Assembly: GCA_964016885.1 (NCBI GenBank)
Contig: OZ024759.1
Span: 11,284,001-11,348,000 of the forward strand
Origin: Eledone cirrhosa
Lineage: Eukaryota
Length of the DNA: 64,000 nt
Direction: 5' to 3'
Part shown: positions 14,262 through 27,527 of the stretch, one piece after another
Layout of the letters: the number at the start of each line of letters is the position of its first letter
Numbering within the stretch: the first letter of the stretch is position 1
Notes under the pieces: model-generated
The model's database searches: none
Seen by the model: only the letters and a program-made list of their open reading frames with translations
Told to the model about the DNA's origin: nothing
Program-made: the position numbers and the translations under genes

Positions 14262-15041
14262 TTAACCCTTTAACATTTACATTACTCTATATATACTATT
14301 GTATTGTCACAGTAAAGGCTTTACCTCACATAATATCTCACATAACATTTACATTACTCTATATATACTATTGTATTGTCACAGTAAAGGCTTTACCTCA
14401 CATAATATCTCACATGCAATTACATTACTCTATATATACTATTGTATTGTCACAGTAAAGGCTTTACCTCACATAATATCTCACATAACATTTACATTAC
14501 TCTATATATACTATTGTATTGTCACAGTAAAGGCTTTACCTCACATAATATCTCACATGCAATTACATTACTCTATATATACTATTGTATTGTCACAGTA
14601 AAGGCTTTACCTCACATAATATCTCACATGCAATTACATTACTCTATATATACTATTGTATTGTCACAGTAAAGGCTTTACCTCACATAATATCTCACAT
14701 AACATTTACATTACTCTATATATACTATTGTATTGTCACAGTAAAGGCTTTACCTCACATAATATCTCACATGCAATTACATTACTCTATATATACTATT
14801 GTATTTTCGTGGTAAAGGCTTTACCTCACATAATATCTCACATAACATTTACATTACTCTATATATACTATTGTATTTTCGTGGTAAAGGCTTTACCTCA
14901 CATAATATCTCACATAATGTTGAATCTATGAGATTTTGATATTTATTTTGAGAACAATACCGTAGCATCAGTATGAGTGGCAGGTTACAGCTGGTGTGAA
15001 CAGAAAGCTGGATATGGCTGGTTTGAATACTAAAGGGTTAA
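14262..15041 (+). mobile_element. piggyBac-like MITE containing ~9 tandem copies of its own 71/72-bp internal segment
   Basis: TTAA-CCCTTT...AAAGGG-TTAA ends; unit acattactctatatatactattgtattgtcacagtaaaggctttacctcacataatatctcac. Confidence 0.92.
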
Positions 15042-15136
15042 TGAAACAATACCTTCTATTTTCATCTAATTTTGAAAATAACCAAACATTTAGAGGGATT
15101 TAGTCATAGAACTTTCTAGTTATTAATCCTTTGGTT

Positions 15137-15340
15137 AGGGCGGTGCGTTGGCATAATCGGTAGAGCGTCGGACACCATGCTTTGCAGCATAGTTACAGCC
15201 CTTTACGTTCTGAGTTCAAATCCCGCCAAGGTTAGTTTTACCTTTAATCCTTACGGGGTCAATAAAATAAAGAACCAACAATGTGCTGGGGTCAATTTAA
15301 TCAACTCTCCCCTCCCCTAAAATTGTTGGCCTTGAGCTTA
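15137..15340 (+). mobile_element. SINE family B
   Basis: Homologous to 30471-30665. Confidence 0.85.
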
Positions 15341-15608
15341 TATATATATATTTTTTGTTAACCTGTTTAGCTTGCTCATTTTTTCGGCTGCCTGGCTTGT
15401 CATTTCCCAGCCATTTTTATAATGTGTCTGGCCCTTATTGCCTGGCTTGTCATTTCCCAGCCATTTTTATAATGTGTCTGGCCCTTATAACGTATGTTAA
15501 TTGCTCTGGCTTCTTTCTAGTCCATTGAGGGCCTGCTGGCATATCTCGAAGATTGCGTTCCGTTTTGTTTTGGCTGCTGCTGAAATACGATCTCGGTGAA
15601 ATTATATT

Positions 15609-15681
<73 letters not shown>

Positions 15682-15684
<3 letters not shown>

Positions 15685-16024
15685 GAGGCACATGGCTTAG
15701 TGGTTAGAGCATTGGCCTTGCAATCGAAAGGTTGTGAGTTCAATTCTCAGACCGGGTGGTGTGTTGTTTCCTTGAGCAAGACACTTTATTTCACATTGCT
15801 CCAGTTTACTCAGCTGTAGAAATGAGATGATAGGGACTGGGGTCCCTATCATTCCACTGCAAAGTGGTCGTGTAGGTGCCACGGCAAAAAAGCACCCAGC
15901 ACTCACTGTAAATGAGGTTGGTGTTAGGAAGGGCATCCAGCTGTAGAAATCAAGCCAGAATCAATTTCCGTCCCACCCTGGCAAGCAGGGAAAAGTGGAC
16001 GTAAAATGAAATGATGAATGATGA
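15682..16024 (+). mobile_element. SINE family A, full length
   Basis: gtggaggcacatggcttagtgg head with A/B boxes; RTE-A-type tail. Confidence 0.94.
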
Positions 16025-16026
16025 TA

Positions 16027-17292
16027 CAGGGTGTGAACGATATTTGTTCGCAAGTCTAGGAAAAAATAACACAGTAATTTTATTTTTTAAGATTTATTTA
16101 TCAAATTTGGGTCAGTTTGTCTTCATGATTTGTTCTTTCGATCTCACTCGATAAACCCGCCATTGGCTTTGATGACGGCCTCAAGGCGGCCTCGGAACCG
16201 GCTACAGGCCTTCATCACTGTCCCCTGACTTAGGCCTCTAAAGACACTTGTGATCCTGGCCTTCAGATTGTCTTTCGTATTGCAGCTAGATCTGTTGGTG
16301 TCTCGTTCCACTGCGCCTCACACAAAGAAGTCGAGAGGGTTGCAGTCAGGTGAAGTGTGGTCGACGAAGTTCTCTGACGGCCAGGCTTGGGTCTTTCGGC
16401 TGGTATGGCAGGGTGCTGAGTCTTGCTGTCACATGTATGGCCTACCTGCAGCTACCTGGTCGATCCAGGGCTTTACTACCTCGCTCAGAATGCGGATGTA
16501 GCCATTCGTGTTCAGCTTGAGGCACTCAGGGAAGAAGTGAGGTGGCATGACGACACCTAAGACCAATGTTGTCGCTGGAAACTTTGTCTGCATGACTCTG
16601 GACACGTCTTTGGATGAGACAGCGAGCCATCTGTTGTTCTGGGAGTTGATCTTCTGGTCTTGGCAGAAGTTTTTCTCGTCGGAGAAAAACCACAGCATGT
16701 CTGGCTTCAGTGGGTGTTTCAACTTGTTGATCAGCTTCTTTGCGTGCTTCAGTCGCTTTTGCATCGCCTTTGATAGAAATTGTCCTTTCCTCATCTTGTA
16801 TGAAACGTAGCGAATGTCTTCATGTACCACCAGCCTAATGAGCTTTTCATCCACGCCTTTCTCCCTTGCAATGGTATGCATCGACTTGCTAGGTTCATTG
16901 TTGATGATATCCTGAACTTCAGTGACGAACTCGGGCGTTCTGAAGGCGTCAGATCATCGATCATGTGTTTTCCTCTCTGATGTTGCTTCGTAGTCGAATC
17001 CTGAATCTTCCAATTCCTTTCTGACCTTTTCCACCATTCTCCTGCTGACGCTGAGAAAGTCTGAAATTTCTTTATTTTGAAATTTCCTTATTCCTCCTGG
17101 CGCGGATTCCAAGAAGAACTCTGTGTCTCTTCCACAAATTTGGAGGTTCAAAATTATTCATAATCAATTATTCTGAAAATAAATAATGGAAATATAGTCA
17201 CTGTTTTTATGAAAACGAGTGACAACGGAAGTAAAAAAAATTTACATAAAATTAGCAGTTGAAAATTGCGAACAAATATCGTCCACACTCTG
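16027..17292 (-). mobile_element. Tc1/mariner-superfamily transposon (DD37D/maT type), full length
   Basis: 27-bp TIRs cagggtgtgaacgatatttgttcgcaa / ttgcgaacaaatatcgtccacactctg, TA on both sides, ~1.27 kb. Confidence 0.93.
16146..17151 (-). pseudogene. Decayed DD37D-type transposase
   Basis: WFFSDEKNF...(W to stop)QQDSAPCH...SPDCNPLDFFV; in-frame stops and a deletion near the third Asp motif. Confidence 0.88.
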
Positions 17293-17305
17293 TATATATA
17301 TATAT

Positions 17306-17542
17306 ATTATAGAAATGACTTCTACAGGCCTAGAACTGTTTCATTCATAAGAAATCACCAGGAAAGTCTCAGATGTTTTACGAATGAAGTCATTTTTATA
17401 ATAAAATGAAGTCATTTTTATGATAAAAGTCATTTTTAATAAAAGTCATTTTTATAATAAAATAAATATGCCATACTCTACTAACGTATTGAGTACCTTT
17501 TTTAACTGTGGTCACCTTCCGGTATACATTGGGAATCCACCT
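17306..17542 (+). mobile_element. TA-embedded Penelope-like terminus: inverted arm with antisense hammerhead plus 3' bulged hairpin
   Basis: Minus-strand hammerhead 17317-17368 (core mutated to CTGGTGA); hairpin TACTC-TAC-taac-GTA-TT-GAGTA at 17474-17495; (TA)n on both sides. Confidence 0.7.
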
Positions 17543-17555
17543 ATATATATATTCT

Positions 17556-17592
17556 ATCTTCTGATCAAGGACTAGTGTCCAAAACGTTAAGA
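17556..17592 (+). ncRNA. Degenerate minimal hammerhead (copy of 54070-54107)
   Basis: atctt-ctgatca-a-ggac-tagt-gtcc-aaaa-cgtt-aaga; both core boxes mutated. Confidence 0.6.
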
Positions 17593-17711
17593 CTCTTTTC
17601 CTATTATTTCAAGTGTTAAACTAATATATTTCTTTATTGTACTGTGTTGTTTGTTTTGTTATTTCTCTTTACTTTTTTTTACATCCACGCACACACACAC
17701 ACACACATACA

Positions 17712-17985
17712 TACACAGTGGAACCTCGGTTTACAAACAATTTTTCCAAACATAAAACATCTCAGTTCATGAATGGTGTCTTGAATAACGAACATGCAAG
17801 CTGGCAACAATGGTTGACAACAAGCTGGGAGTATCAGAGGGCAAGTATCACTTGCTTGTGGTTAGTTACTCTGATGATATCTATCTATCATTCACACATA
17901 GTCTATCTATCTCTCAACATTTCGTATGGGAAACTTAGTTTTGGTTTACAAACATATTGGATGATAAACGGCCTTCAGGAACAAA
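17712..17985 (+). mobile_element. Tigger/pogo-like MITE fragment
   Basis: Starts ta-cagtggaacctcggtt; no second TIR seen. Confidence 0.5.
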
Positions 17986-18160
17986 TTAACCCTTTAGTAT
18001 TTACATTACTCTATACATACTATTCACATAATATCGAATCTATGATATTTTGAGAACAATACCTTAACATCAGTATGAGTGGCTGGTTACAGCCAGTTTA
18101 AACAGAAAGAGGTGAGAGAAATCTGGTTGGATACAGCCAGTTTAAATGCTAAAGGGTTAA
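17986..18160 (+). mobile_element. piggyBac-like MITE (internally deleted)
   Basis: TTAA-CCCTTT...AAAGGG-TTAA. Confidence 0.85.
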
Positions 18161-18489
18161 ATTTGTGAACTGAGGTTTCACTGTGTAGATGTGTGTGTGT
18201 ATTTACACACACACATAAATTATAGGAATGTATATGTAATACAATCTTTGATACATCTGTGAAGTCAGTGGCCCCTATATAGAACTGACTTGATCTGTAA
18301 TGACACATCTAACCCATGCTAGCAAAGAACCCCCCTCCCTCGGATATTAAAAAGCTGGAACTTGTTTGTTATTAGGACTATTTGTGTAGTTAAATAGATG
18401 TGTTAGCATAAAGATGAGCAACTTATACCATTGCTACCTCAATGGTATAAAGTACCTCATGATTCCAGGTGCAGTACTTCATGATTCCA

Positions 18490-18900
18490 GGTGCAGTACC
18501 TCAGGTATGAAGTACCTCAAGATTTCAACTGCTACCTCACTGGTACCTGTCTAGACAGTGTGGGGAACACTCTCTGGAGGTGCAGTACCTCAGGTATAAA
18601 GTACCTCAAGATTCCAACTGCTACCTCAGTGGTACCTGTCTAGACAGTGTGGGGAACACTCTCTGGAGGTGCAGTACCTCAGGTATAAAGTACCTCAAGA
18701 TTCCAACTGCTACCTCAGTGGTACCTGTCTAGACAGTGTGGGGAACATTCTCTGGAGGTGCAGTACCTCAGGTATAAAGTACCTCATGATTCCAACTGCT
18801 ACCTCACTGGTACCTGTCTAGACAGTGTGGGGAACATTCTCTGGAGGTGCAGTACCTCAGGTATAAAGTACCTCATGATTCCAACTGCTACCTCAGTGGT
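18490..18900. repeat. 89-bp tandem repeat, ~4.6 copies, overlapping the 3' part of a candidate exon
   Basis: ggtgcagtacctcagg recurs at 18490, 18579, 18668, 18757 and 18846. Confidence 0.92.
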
Positions 18901-18970
18901 ACACTGGAGCCAGGGAAACATGTTGAAATAGCCATTCCAACTGGTGGTGCTAATTCTTGTGGAGGCCAAC
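18814..18970 (-). CDS. Candidate exon of an unknown minus-strand gene
   Basis: ttcactatcAG acceptor; open frame (R)LASTRISTTSWNGYFNMFPWLQCTTEVAVGIMRYFIPEVLHLQRMFPTLSRQ; CAG|GTACCA donor; no homology recognised. Confidence 0.35.
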
Positions 18971-19477
18971 CTGATAGTGAACTACTATGACGATGATGAT
19001 GATATATAATACCCCAACCCCCACTACAAACATCTGGCTATTGTACAACATACGCCACTTATATCAATGTTTATATATTTGTTCAATATTAGACACAAAG
19101 CCAGCCAACAGTTTTTTTAGTAGAATTATTTGTATTTTTAACATATTTGTGTTTATTTTGTGTACTGTAACAGAGGTCTTCAGAATTCCTTGTTTTCTTT
19201 TCTCTCCCACTTCTCTCCCCTCCCTCACTTTTATCCCCTTCCTCTTCATCTTTTCTCACCCCCTCCCCCATTTCTACCTCTTATCTCCCCCTACCTTTCT
19301 CCCCCCACTTTTCTACCCACCCCATTCACTCATCTCTTTATTTCTCTCCCCCAGTTTAATTTCTTCAATTTAGTTTTGTTTTTAAAGACGTTATTTTTAC
19401 TCTTGTTTTTTTCGCTGGTTACAGTCCTTAGACTCTGCCCATGCTGGGGCACTGCATTAGAATTACACACATACAAT

Positions 19478-19684
19478 TACGAGGGGTGGCTTTAAAGATA
19501 AGTTCATAGGCTGACCAAGATACTCTCATGGAATGACCAAATGAGGTTTATTTTTCAACATAGTCTTGGTAAAGAAACAATGCAGTTATTATGAAGAACA
19601 GTTGAAATTAATGCATGCAAGATTTCACAGCTCTAGCATCACTCCTTCATAGCCAGCCCATGAACTTATCAGCTTACACTAGTA
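19478..19684 (+). mobile_element. mariner-like MITE
   Basis: ta-cgaggggtggc...agttcataggctg / cagcccatgaacttatcagc...tagta. Confidence 0.75.
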
Positions 19685-19787
19685 TAGTCTGTGTATTTCA
19701 ATGTTTATATTGACATTAAAATGTTCCCTCATAATTTTATGTAAGAAACTGTTCTATCAGTTTTTTAAAAGTTAATTTGTTTTTTTG

Positions 19788-20755
19788 TTCAGCAGTGGTG
19801 GAGGGTGTTCTGAAAGTACAGTAGCCAGAGTCAGAACGGGATGGAAAAAGTTCAGAGAGCTTGTACCGCTGTTGGCCACAAAAGGTTTCCTTCTAAAAAT
19901 GAAAGGCAGATTGTATGATGCCTGTATACGAACAGCAATGCTACATGGCAGTGAGACATGGGCATTACGTGCAGAGGACCTGCACAGACTGGAGAGGAAC
20001 GAAACATACATGCCCCGTTGGATGTGTAATAGTAATATACGTGAACGGCAAAGCATAAATGAACTAAGTGAGAAATTAGGAATAAGAGGGATCAGATGCT
20101 GTTTACTCGAGAGAAGACTACGTTGGTATGGCCATGTGATGCGCATGAAAGACGACAGCTGTATAAAAAAGTGCAGGGCGATCAAAATTGATGGTAGTTA
20201 CGGAGTAGGTAGACCCAGAAAAACCTGGGACGATATGATAAATTCCGACCTCACACACTTTCACCTCTCCAAGACAATATCACTGGACCGAGATCTTTGG
20301 CGCTACACAGTAATACAGAAGACCCGCCTTGCCTATGTACAAAGCGAAACCTACAGTCACTAGGCACCTCTTAACCAAATATACACCCCAATCCACTACC
20401 CCTACCCTATCCTCCCACTCCCACCAACACCACCCTCTCTCTGTAAAGTTGGTACCACAACATCCAGTCCAAATAAATGAGATAATGAGATCGAGATCAT
20501 GTAGGTGTCACGACAAAAAAACACACAGTCCACGCTGTAATGTGGCCGTGTAGGTAACAGTAAAAAGTTCCCTGTTCCACACTGTAAATGTGGTTGGTGT
20601 TAGGAAGGACATCCAGCTGTAGAAAACCTGCTAGATAGTCAGTCCTATATGAGCGAGATACGGTCACCCGACCAACCTTGCCTCAAGTGGGACAACTCCT
20701 GTCTAACCCATGCTAGCGTGGAAGATGGACATTAAACGAAGATGATGATGATGAT
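19788..20755 (+). pseudogene. 5'-truncated RTE LINE (family B) with long 3' UTR
   Basis: ORF 19785-20363 (GWKKFREL, HGSETW, RRLRWYGHVMR, GRPRKTW); 3' UTR with ggttggtgttaggaagg; (GAT)n tail. Confidence 0.92.
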
Positions 20756-20865
20756 TTAGTTGAAAATATCTAAACATGGTTTTGTTAATTCAAACATTTA
20801 TTATATCTTTACCAGTGGACAGATTGTTGTGAAAATTTACAATATTAAAGTAGAGACTTTAATAT

Positions 20866-21099
20866 TTAATCCGTTAGCATTTACATTACTCTATATATAC
20901 TATTATATTTTCATGGTAAACATTTCATCTCATCTCACATAATTATCCCACATAATATCGAATATATGAGATTTTGTTATTATTTATTTTGAGAACAATA
21001 CCTTAACATCAGTATGAGCAGCCGATTACGACAAATTTGAACAGAATGAGGTGAGAGAATTCTGGCTGGAAACAGCTGATTTAAATGCTAAAGGGTTAA
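20866..21099 (+). mobile_element. piggyBac-like MITE
   Basis: TTAA...AAAGGG-TTAA, same internal sequence as 6552-6769. Confidence 0.82.
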
Positions 21100-21484
21100 T
21101 GTGATGTGGTCATTGTGTTGTTTTGTATACTTCAAGAGTATTTTGATAATGTGGTTTCATGTGGTACAGGATGTCAAAATTTAAAGTAGACTCAGTTTGT
21201 CATATGAACCCCAGTACTTATTTTTTTCAAGTCTGGTAATTATTTTATCAAACCACTAGAAATTGTGAATTGATTTTGTAACTGGAAACCTCCTTCATTT
21301 GTAGTTAGGAAGTTGTGTAGTTGTAGAACTATCTAGAAAGTGTTGTTAATCAATAAAGAACGTTTGTTGTTTCTCATATAGTTTAGAAAATATTTAAAAC
21401 ATAAAACTGGGCATCAGAGGAATTAAATGTTGCATGCTTGAGAGAAGATTTGCTGTGGTGTGTATGGACGATGTTCGTTGAAAA

Positions 21485-22128
21485 TGGTAGTGTTGGTGTC
21501 ATGACAAAATGCACTCAGTAGACTCTGTAAAGTGGTAGTGCTGGTGTTATGACAAAATACACCCAGTACACTCTGTAAAGTGGTAGTGTTGGTGTCATGA
21601 CAAAATGCACTCAGTAGACTCTGTAAAGTGGTAGTATTGGTGCCATGATATAATACACCCAGTACACTCTGTAAAGTGGTAGTGTTGGTGTCATGACAAA
21701 ATTTACCCAGTACACAATGTAAGGTGGTAGTACTGATGTCATGATAAAATACACCCTGTACACTCCGTAAAGTGGTAGTATTGATGTCATAACAAAATAC
21801 ACCCAGTACACTCTGTAAAGTGATAGTATTGGTGTCATGACAAAATACACTCAGTACACTCTGTAAAGTGGTAGTATTGGTGTCATGATAAAATACCCCC
21901 AGTACACTCTGTAAAGTGGTAGTATTGGTGTCATGATAAAATACACCCAGTACACTCTGTAAAGTGGTAGTATTGGTGTCATGATAAAATACATCCTGTA
22001 CACTCCGTAAAGTGATAGTATTGGTGTCATGACAAAATACACCCAGTACACTCTGTAAAGTGGTAGTATTGGTGTCATGACAAAATACACCCAGTACACT
22101 CTGTAAAGTGGTAGTATTGGTGTCATGA
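21485..22128. repeat. 48-bp tandem array (~13 copies) related to a SINE/RTE-UTR segment
   Basis: acccagtacactctgtaaagtggtagtattggtgtcatgacaaaatac. Confidence 0.93.
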
Positions 22129-22207
22129 TTTCCTGAGACATTTAAACCATATGTCATTTCTTAATTATTTTCGAATTATAAACTTTGTCTTTCTTTAGAA
22201 ATATATA

Positions 22208-22327
22208 ATAATAATTGTTTCTACTTTTGGTACAAGGCCAGCAATTACCCAGTGTATTACTGGTACTTTATTTTATCGACCCCGTAAGGATGAAAGGCAA
22301 AGTTAACCTTGGCGGGATTTGAACTCA
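22208..22327 (-). mobile_element. SINE family B, partial
   Basis: ctggtactttattttatcgaccccgtaaggatgaaaggc. Confidence 0.82.
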
Positions 22328-22865
22328 ATAATGAAATTATTGTTGGTAATAAAGGGTTAAAGTGTTTATATTTATGTAAACCCCCTCCAAATTCTTGAAT
22401 ATTTAAAATATTATAGACCCCTATCTTTCTCTAGAAATATGTAAATAAAAGAATTAGTGTTTATATTTATGTAAACCCCTCCAAATTCTTGAATATTTAA
22501 AATATTTTAGACGCCTATCTTTCTCTAGAAATATGGAAATAAAAGAATTAGTGTTTATATTTATGTAAATATCCCTTAAAATTCTTGAATATATTGAAAA
22601 TGATTTGAAAATTACAGACCCTGTCTTTTGATAGAAATATGGAAACAAAAAGGTTAAAGATATGTGATTTGAGGGATATTTAACTCCTATTTTTAGCAGT
22701 TTAAGTGACCATATGAAAAGCTCATTCATTGGTTCATAATAGTACCAATGTGTTTGTTTAGATGTCACGTTTGCTGTTTGTTGTTGGGGTTTATTGGTTT
22801 TGGAAGAGGAAAAAAACAAGAACAAACAAAAAAATAGAGTTTATTGCATTTTTCTGCCAAATTAC

Positions 22866-22925
22866 CAGATCTGCTAATGTGGCACCATGTGAAATATTCA
22901 ATCCTCACAATAGACTCCAACATAT
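22866..22925 (-). other. Candidate 60-nt exon
   Basis: ctttcaacAG acceptor and CTG|GTAATT donor in unique sequence; only one frame open. Confidence 0.25.
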
Positions 22926-23044
22926 CTGTTGAAAGCTGATATCTTCTGCCATTTTTTTTTCTTTTGACACGAGAAATCTTATTTTCTGTGTTTTGTCCAA
23001 ATAAATATCTTTATTTTTTTACTGCTTCCTTCCTTGTTCTTCTA

Positions 23045-24962
23045 CTGTATTGTATATAGTATATAGTAGTGTATATAGTAGTATATATAGTATATACTAG
23101 TGTATATAGTAGTGTATATAGTATATAGTAGTGTATATAGTATATAGTAGTGTATATAGTATATAGTAGTGTATATAGTATATATAGTACTGTATATAGT
23201 AGTGTACATAGTATATAGTAGTGTATATAGTACATTGCAGTGTATATAGCGTATAACAGTGTATATAGTATATAGCAGTGTATATAGTACATTGTAGTGT
23301 ATATTGTACATTGTAGTGTATATTGTACATTGCAGTGTATATAGTATATAAGTGTATATGGTATTTAACAGTGTATATAGTATATTGCAGTGTATATAAC
23401 AGTGTGTATAGTATATTACAGTGTATATAGTATATTACAGTGTATATAGTATATTACAGTGTATATTGTACATTGCAGTGTATATAGTATATAACAGTGT
23501 ATATAGTATATAACAGTGTATATAGTATATTGCAGTGTATATAACAGTGTATATAGTATATAGCAGTGTATATAGTATATAGCAGTGTATATAGTATATT
23601 GCAGTGTATATAGTGTATTACAGTGTATATAGTACATTGCAGTGTATATAGTACATTGCAGTGTATATTGTACATTGCAGTGTATATAGTAGTGTATATA
23701 GTATATTGCAATGTATATAGTACATTGCAGTGTATACAGTACATTGCAGTGTATATATTATTTTGCAGTGTATATAGCATATTACAGTGTATATAGTACA
23801 TTGCAGTGTATATAGTACATTGCAGTGTATATAGTACATTGCAGTGTATATAGTATATAACAGTGTATATAGTATATAACAGTGTATATAGTATATTGCA
23901 GTGTATATAGTACATTGCAGTGTATATAGTATATAACAGTGTATATAGTATATAACAGTGCATATAGTACATTGCAGTGTATATAATATATTGCAGTATG
24001 TATATAGTATATAACAGTGTATATAGTATATTGCAGTGTAGATAGTATATAACAGTGTGTATAGTATATTGCAGTGTATATAGTATATTGCAGTGTATAT
24101 AGTATATAACAGTGTATATAGTTTATACCAGTGTATATAGTGTATAATAGTGTATAACAGTGTATATAGTATATAACAGTGTATATAGTATATTGCAGTG
24201 TATATAGTATACAACAGTGTACATAGTATATTGCAGTGTATATAGTATATTGCAGTGTATATAGTATATAACAGTGTATATAGTATATTGCAGTGTATAT
24301 AGTATATAACAGTGTATATAGTATATTGCAGTGTATATAGTATATAACAGTGTGTATAGTATACTGCAGTGTATATAGTATATTGCAGTGTATATAGTAT
24401 ATAACAGTGTGTATAGTATATTGCAGTGTATATAGTATATTGCAGTGTATATAACAGTGTATATAGTGTATAACAGTGTATGTAGTATATTGCAGTGTAT
24501 ATAGTTTATAACAGTGTATATAGTATATAACAGTGTATATAGTTTATAACAGTGTATATAGTATATAACAGTGTATATAGTATATTGCAGTGTATATAGT
24601 ATATTGCAGTGTATATAGTATATAACAGTGTATATAGTATATTGCAGTGTATATAGTATATAACAGTGTATATAGTATATTGCAGTGTATATAGTATATA
24701 ACAGTGTATATAGTATATAACAGTGTATATAGTATATTGCAGTGTACATAGTATATTGCAGTGTATATAGTATATTGCAGTGTACATAGTATATAACAGT
24801 GTATATAGTATATAACAGTGTATATAGTATATTGCAGTGTATATAGTGTATAACAGTGTATATAGTGTATTGCAGTGTATATAACAGTGTATATAGTGTA
24901 TTGCAGTGTATATAGTGTATTGCAGTATATATAACAGTGTATATAGTGTATTGCAGTGTACA
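23045..24962. repeat. ~19-bp AT-rich minisatellite (gtgtatatagtatattgca)
   Basis: Direct inspection. Confidence 0.96.
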
Positions 24963-25160
24963 TACAACGGTTGGCTGAAAAAGTCGATAAGCTGACCAAG
25001 ATACTCTCATGGAATGACCAAATGAGGTTTATTTTTTGCCATAGTCCCTGGAAAGAAACAATGCAGTTATTAAGAGTTGAAAGTAATACATGCAAGATTT
25101 CACAGCTCTAGCATCATTCCTTTATAGTTAGCCTATGAATTTTTCAGCCCACCCTCATAT
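24963..25160 (+). mobile_element. mariner-like MITE
   Basis: ggctgaaaaagtcgataagctgac / gttagcctatgaatttttcagcc. Confidence 0.75.
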
Positions 25161-26130
25161 ATAACATGCGTATATTTATGCATATATATATAACATTTAT
25201 ATTTATGTATGTATACAACATGCATATATTTATGTATGTATAGAACATGCATATATTTATGTATGTATACAACATGCATATATTTATGTATGTATATAAC
25301 ATGTATATTTATGTATGTATACAATATGCGTATATTTATGTATGTATATACCATGTGTATATTTATGTATGTATACAATATGCATATATTTATGTATAAA
25401 TATAACATGCATATATTTATTTATGTATGTATGTTTATATTGTGTATATTTATGTATATATAACATGCATATATTTATGTATGTATATAACATACATATA
25501 TTTATGTATGTATATAATATACATATATGTATATATGTTTATAATGTGTATATTTATGTATGTATATAACATGCATATATTTATGTATACATATAACATG
25601 TATATATGTATATAACATGCATATATGTATGTATATAACATGTGTATAATTATGTATGTATATAACATGCATATATTTATGTATGTATATAACATGCGTA
25701 TAATTATGTATGTATATAACATGCATATATTTATGTATGTATATAACATGCGTATAATTATGTATGTATATAACATGCGTATATTTATGTATGTATATAA
25801 CATGCATATAATTATGTATGTATATAACATGCATATATTTATGTATGTATATAACATGCATATATTTATGTATGTATATAACATGCGTATAATTATGTAT
25901 GTATATAACATGCGTATATTTATGTATGTATATAACATGCGTATAATTATGTATGTATATAACATGCGTATATTTATGTATGTATATAACATGCGTATAA
26001 TTATGTATGTATATAACATGTTTATTATTATGTATGTATATAACATGCTTATTATTATGTGTGTATATAACATGCTTATTATTATGTGTGTATATAACAT
26101 GCTTATTATTATGTGTGTATATAACGTGTA
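25161..26130. repeat. 27-bp minisatellite (atgtatgtatataacatgcatatattt)
   Basis: Direct inspection. Confidence 0.95.
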
Positions 26131-26469
26131 TATTTCTGTGTATATAACGATATATTTCTAACAAGAGAAAGCCCCCCCCCCCTCCATTCAATCAATCAAT
26201 CTTAATCTATATGCTAATTGAACAAGATATATAAACAGCCTTTAGGAAATTGATTGATTACAGAAATAAAGGGTTCCAATATTCTGAGGGTCAATCAAAA
26301 GAAATCAAACAAAAGATAAATATTAATCTATATAAAAATATTAAAAAAATAATAATAAAAGTAAATATTGATTGCAAATCGGTTGTCAATTGGATGGAGA
26401 CAAAATATTGATTATTGATTAGAGAGGGCTCTTCAGTTTGGTTGAGTATATGATCACATTTCTAGTGCG

Positions 26470-27092
26470 GGTGTCATGATAAAGTACACCCAGTACACTC
26501 TGTAAAGAGGTAGTGTTGGTGCTATGATATAATACACCCAGTACACTCTGTAAAGAGGTAGTGTTGGTGCCATGATAAAATACACCCAGTACACTCTGTA
26601 AAGATGTTGGTGCTATGATAAAATACACCCAGTACACTCTGTAAAGATGTTGGTGCTATGATAAAATACACCCAGTACACTCTGTAAAGAAGTAGTGTTG
26701 CTGCTATGATAAAATACACCCAGTACACTCTGTAAAGAAGTAGTGTTGCTGCTATGATATAATACACTCAGTACACTCTGTAAAGTGGCAGTGTTGGTGT
26801 CATGATAAAATACACCAATACACTCTGTAAAGATGTTGGTGCTATGATAAAATACACCCAGTACACTCTGTAAAGTGGTAGTGTTGGTGCCATGATAAAA
26901 TACATCCAGTACATACTGTAAAGTGGTAGTGTTGGTGTCATGATAAAATGCACCCAGTACACCCTGTAAACTGGTAGTGTTGGTTCCATGATAAAATGCA
27001 CCCAGTACACTCTGTAAAGTGGTTGGTGTGTGTGTCATGATGAAATACACCCAGTACACTCTGTAAAGTGGTAGTACTGGTGCCATGATAAA
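26470..27092. repeat. Second 48-bp array (with 43-bp variants), same family as 21485-22128
   Basis: cccagtacactctgtaaag...gtgttggtgc units. Confidence 0.92.
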
Positions 27093-27261
27093 ATTAATTT
27101 CTTCATCGTAACATTTATTATGTTCAGTATTAAACCTTGATACAGAAATGTTTGTCTGTGAAGAATTAGGGTTGACTTTTAAATGTTAAAATATTAAAAC
27201 AAAAGAAAACTAATTCAGGGGCAAAAAATAGGGTGTTGACTTTTATATGTGATAGGTTTAT

Positions 27262-27510
27262 ATACAGACATCGCCCGTCGCAGGGGTCACATTGCTATAG
27301 CACCCGTGTAGAGTGAAAAACCGCGAATATTGGACATGGTTCATAAAGATAACTATAAATGTCAAAACAACATAAAACATAGGCCGGCAAATACAGTATA
27401 TTGCTGTTGTTAATAATTTAGTGTTAAAAAGACGTGAAAAAATATATATTGCCACGGAAAAAGGCATAAAAAAATCGCAGAACATATTTATGTGGTTTCC
27501 ACGAACAATT
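27262..27510 (-). mobile_element. Tigger/pogo-like MITE, partial
   Basis: Diverged reverse complement of part of 53163-53483. Confidence 0.6.
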
Positions 27511-27527
27511 ATTAGTTAAGTTATATA

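Noticed and set aside
15682-15760. tRNA gene-like sequence with A and B boxes (and other SINE heads)
   Set aside because: Continues into a SINE body and tail in many dispersed copies; no complete cloverleaf with a terminator
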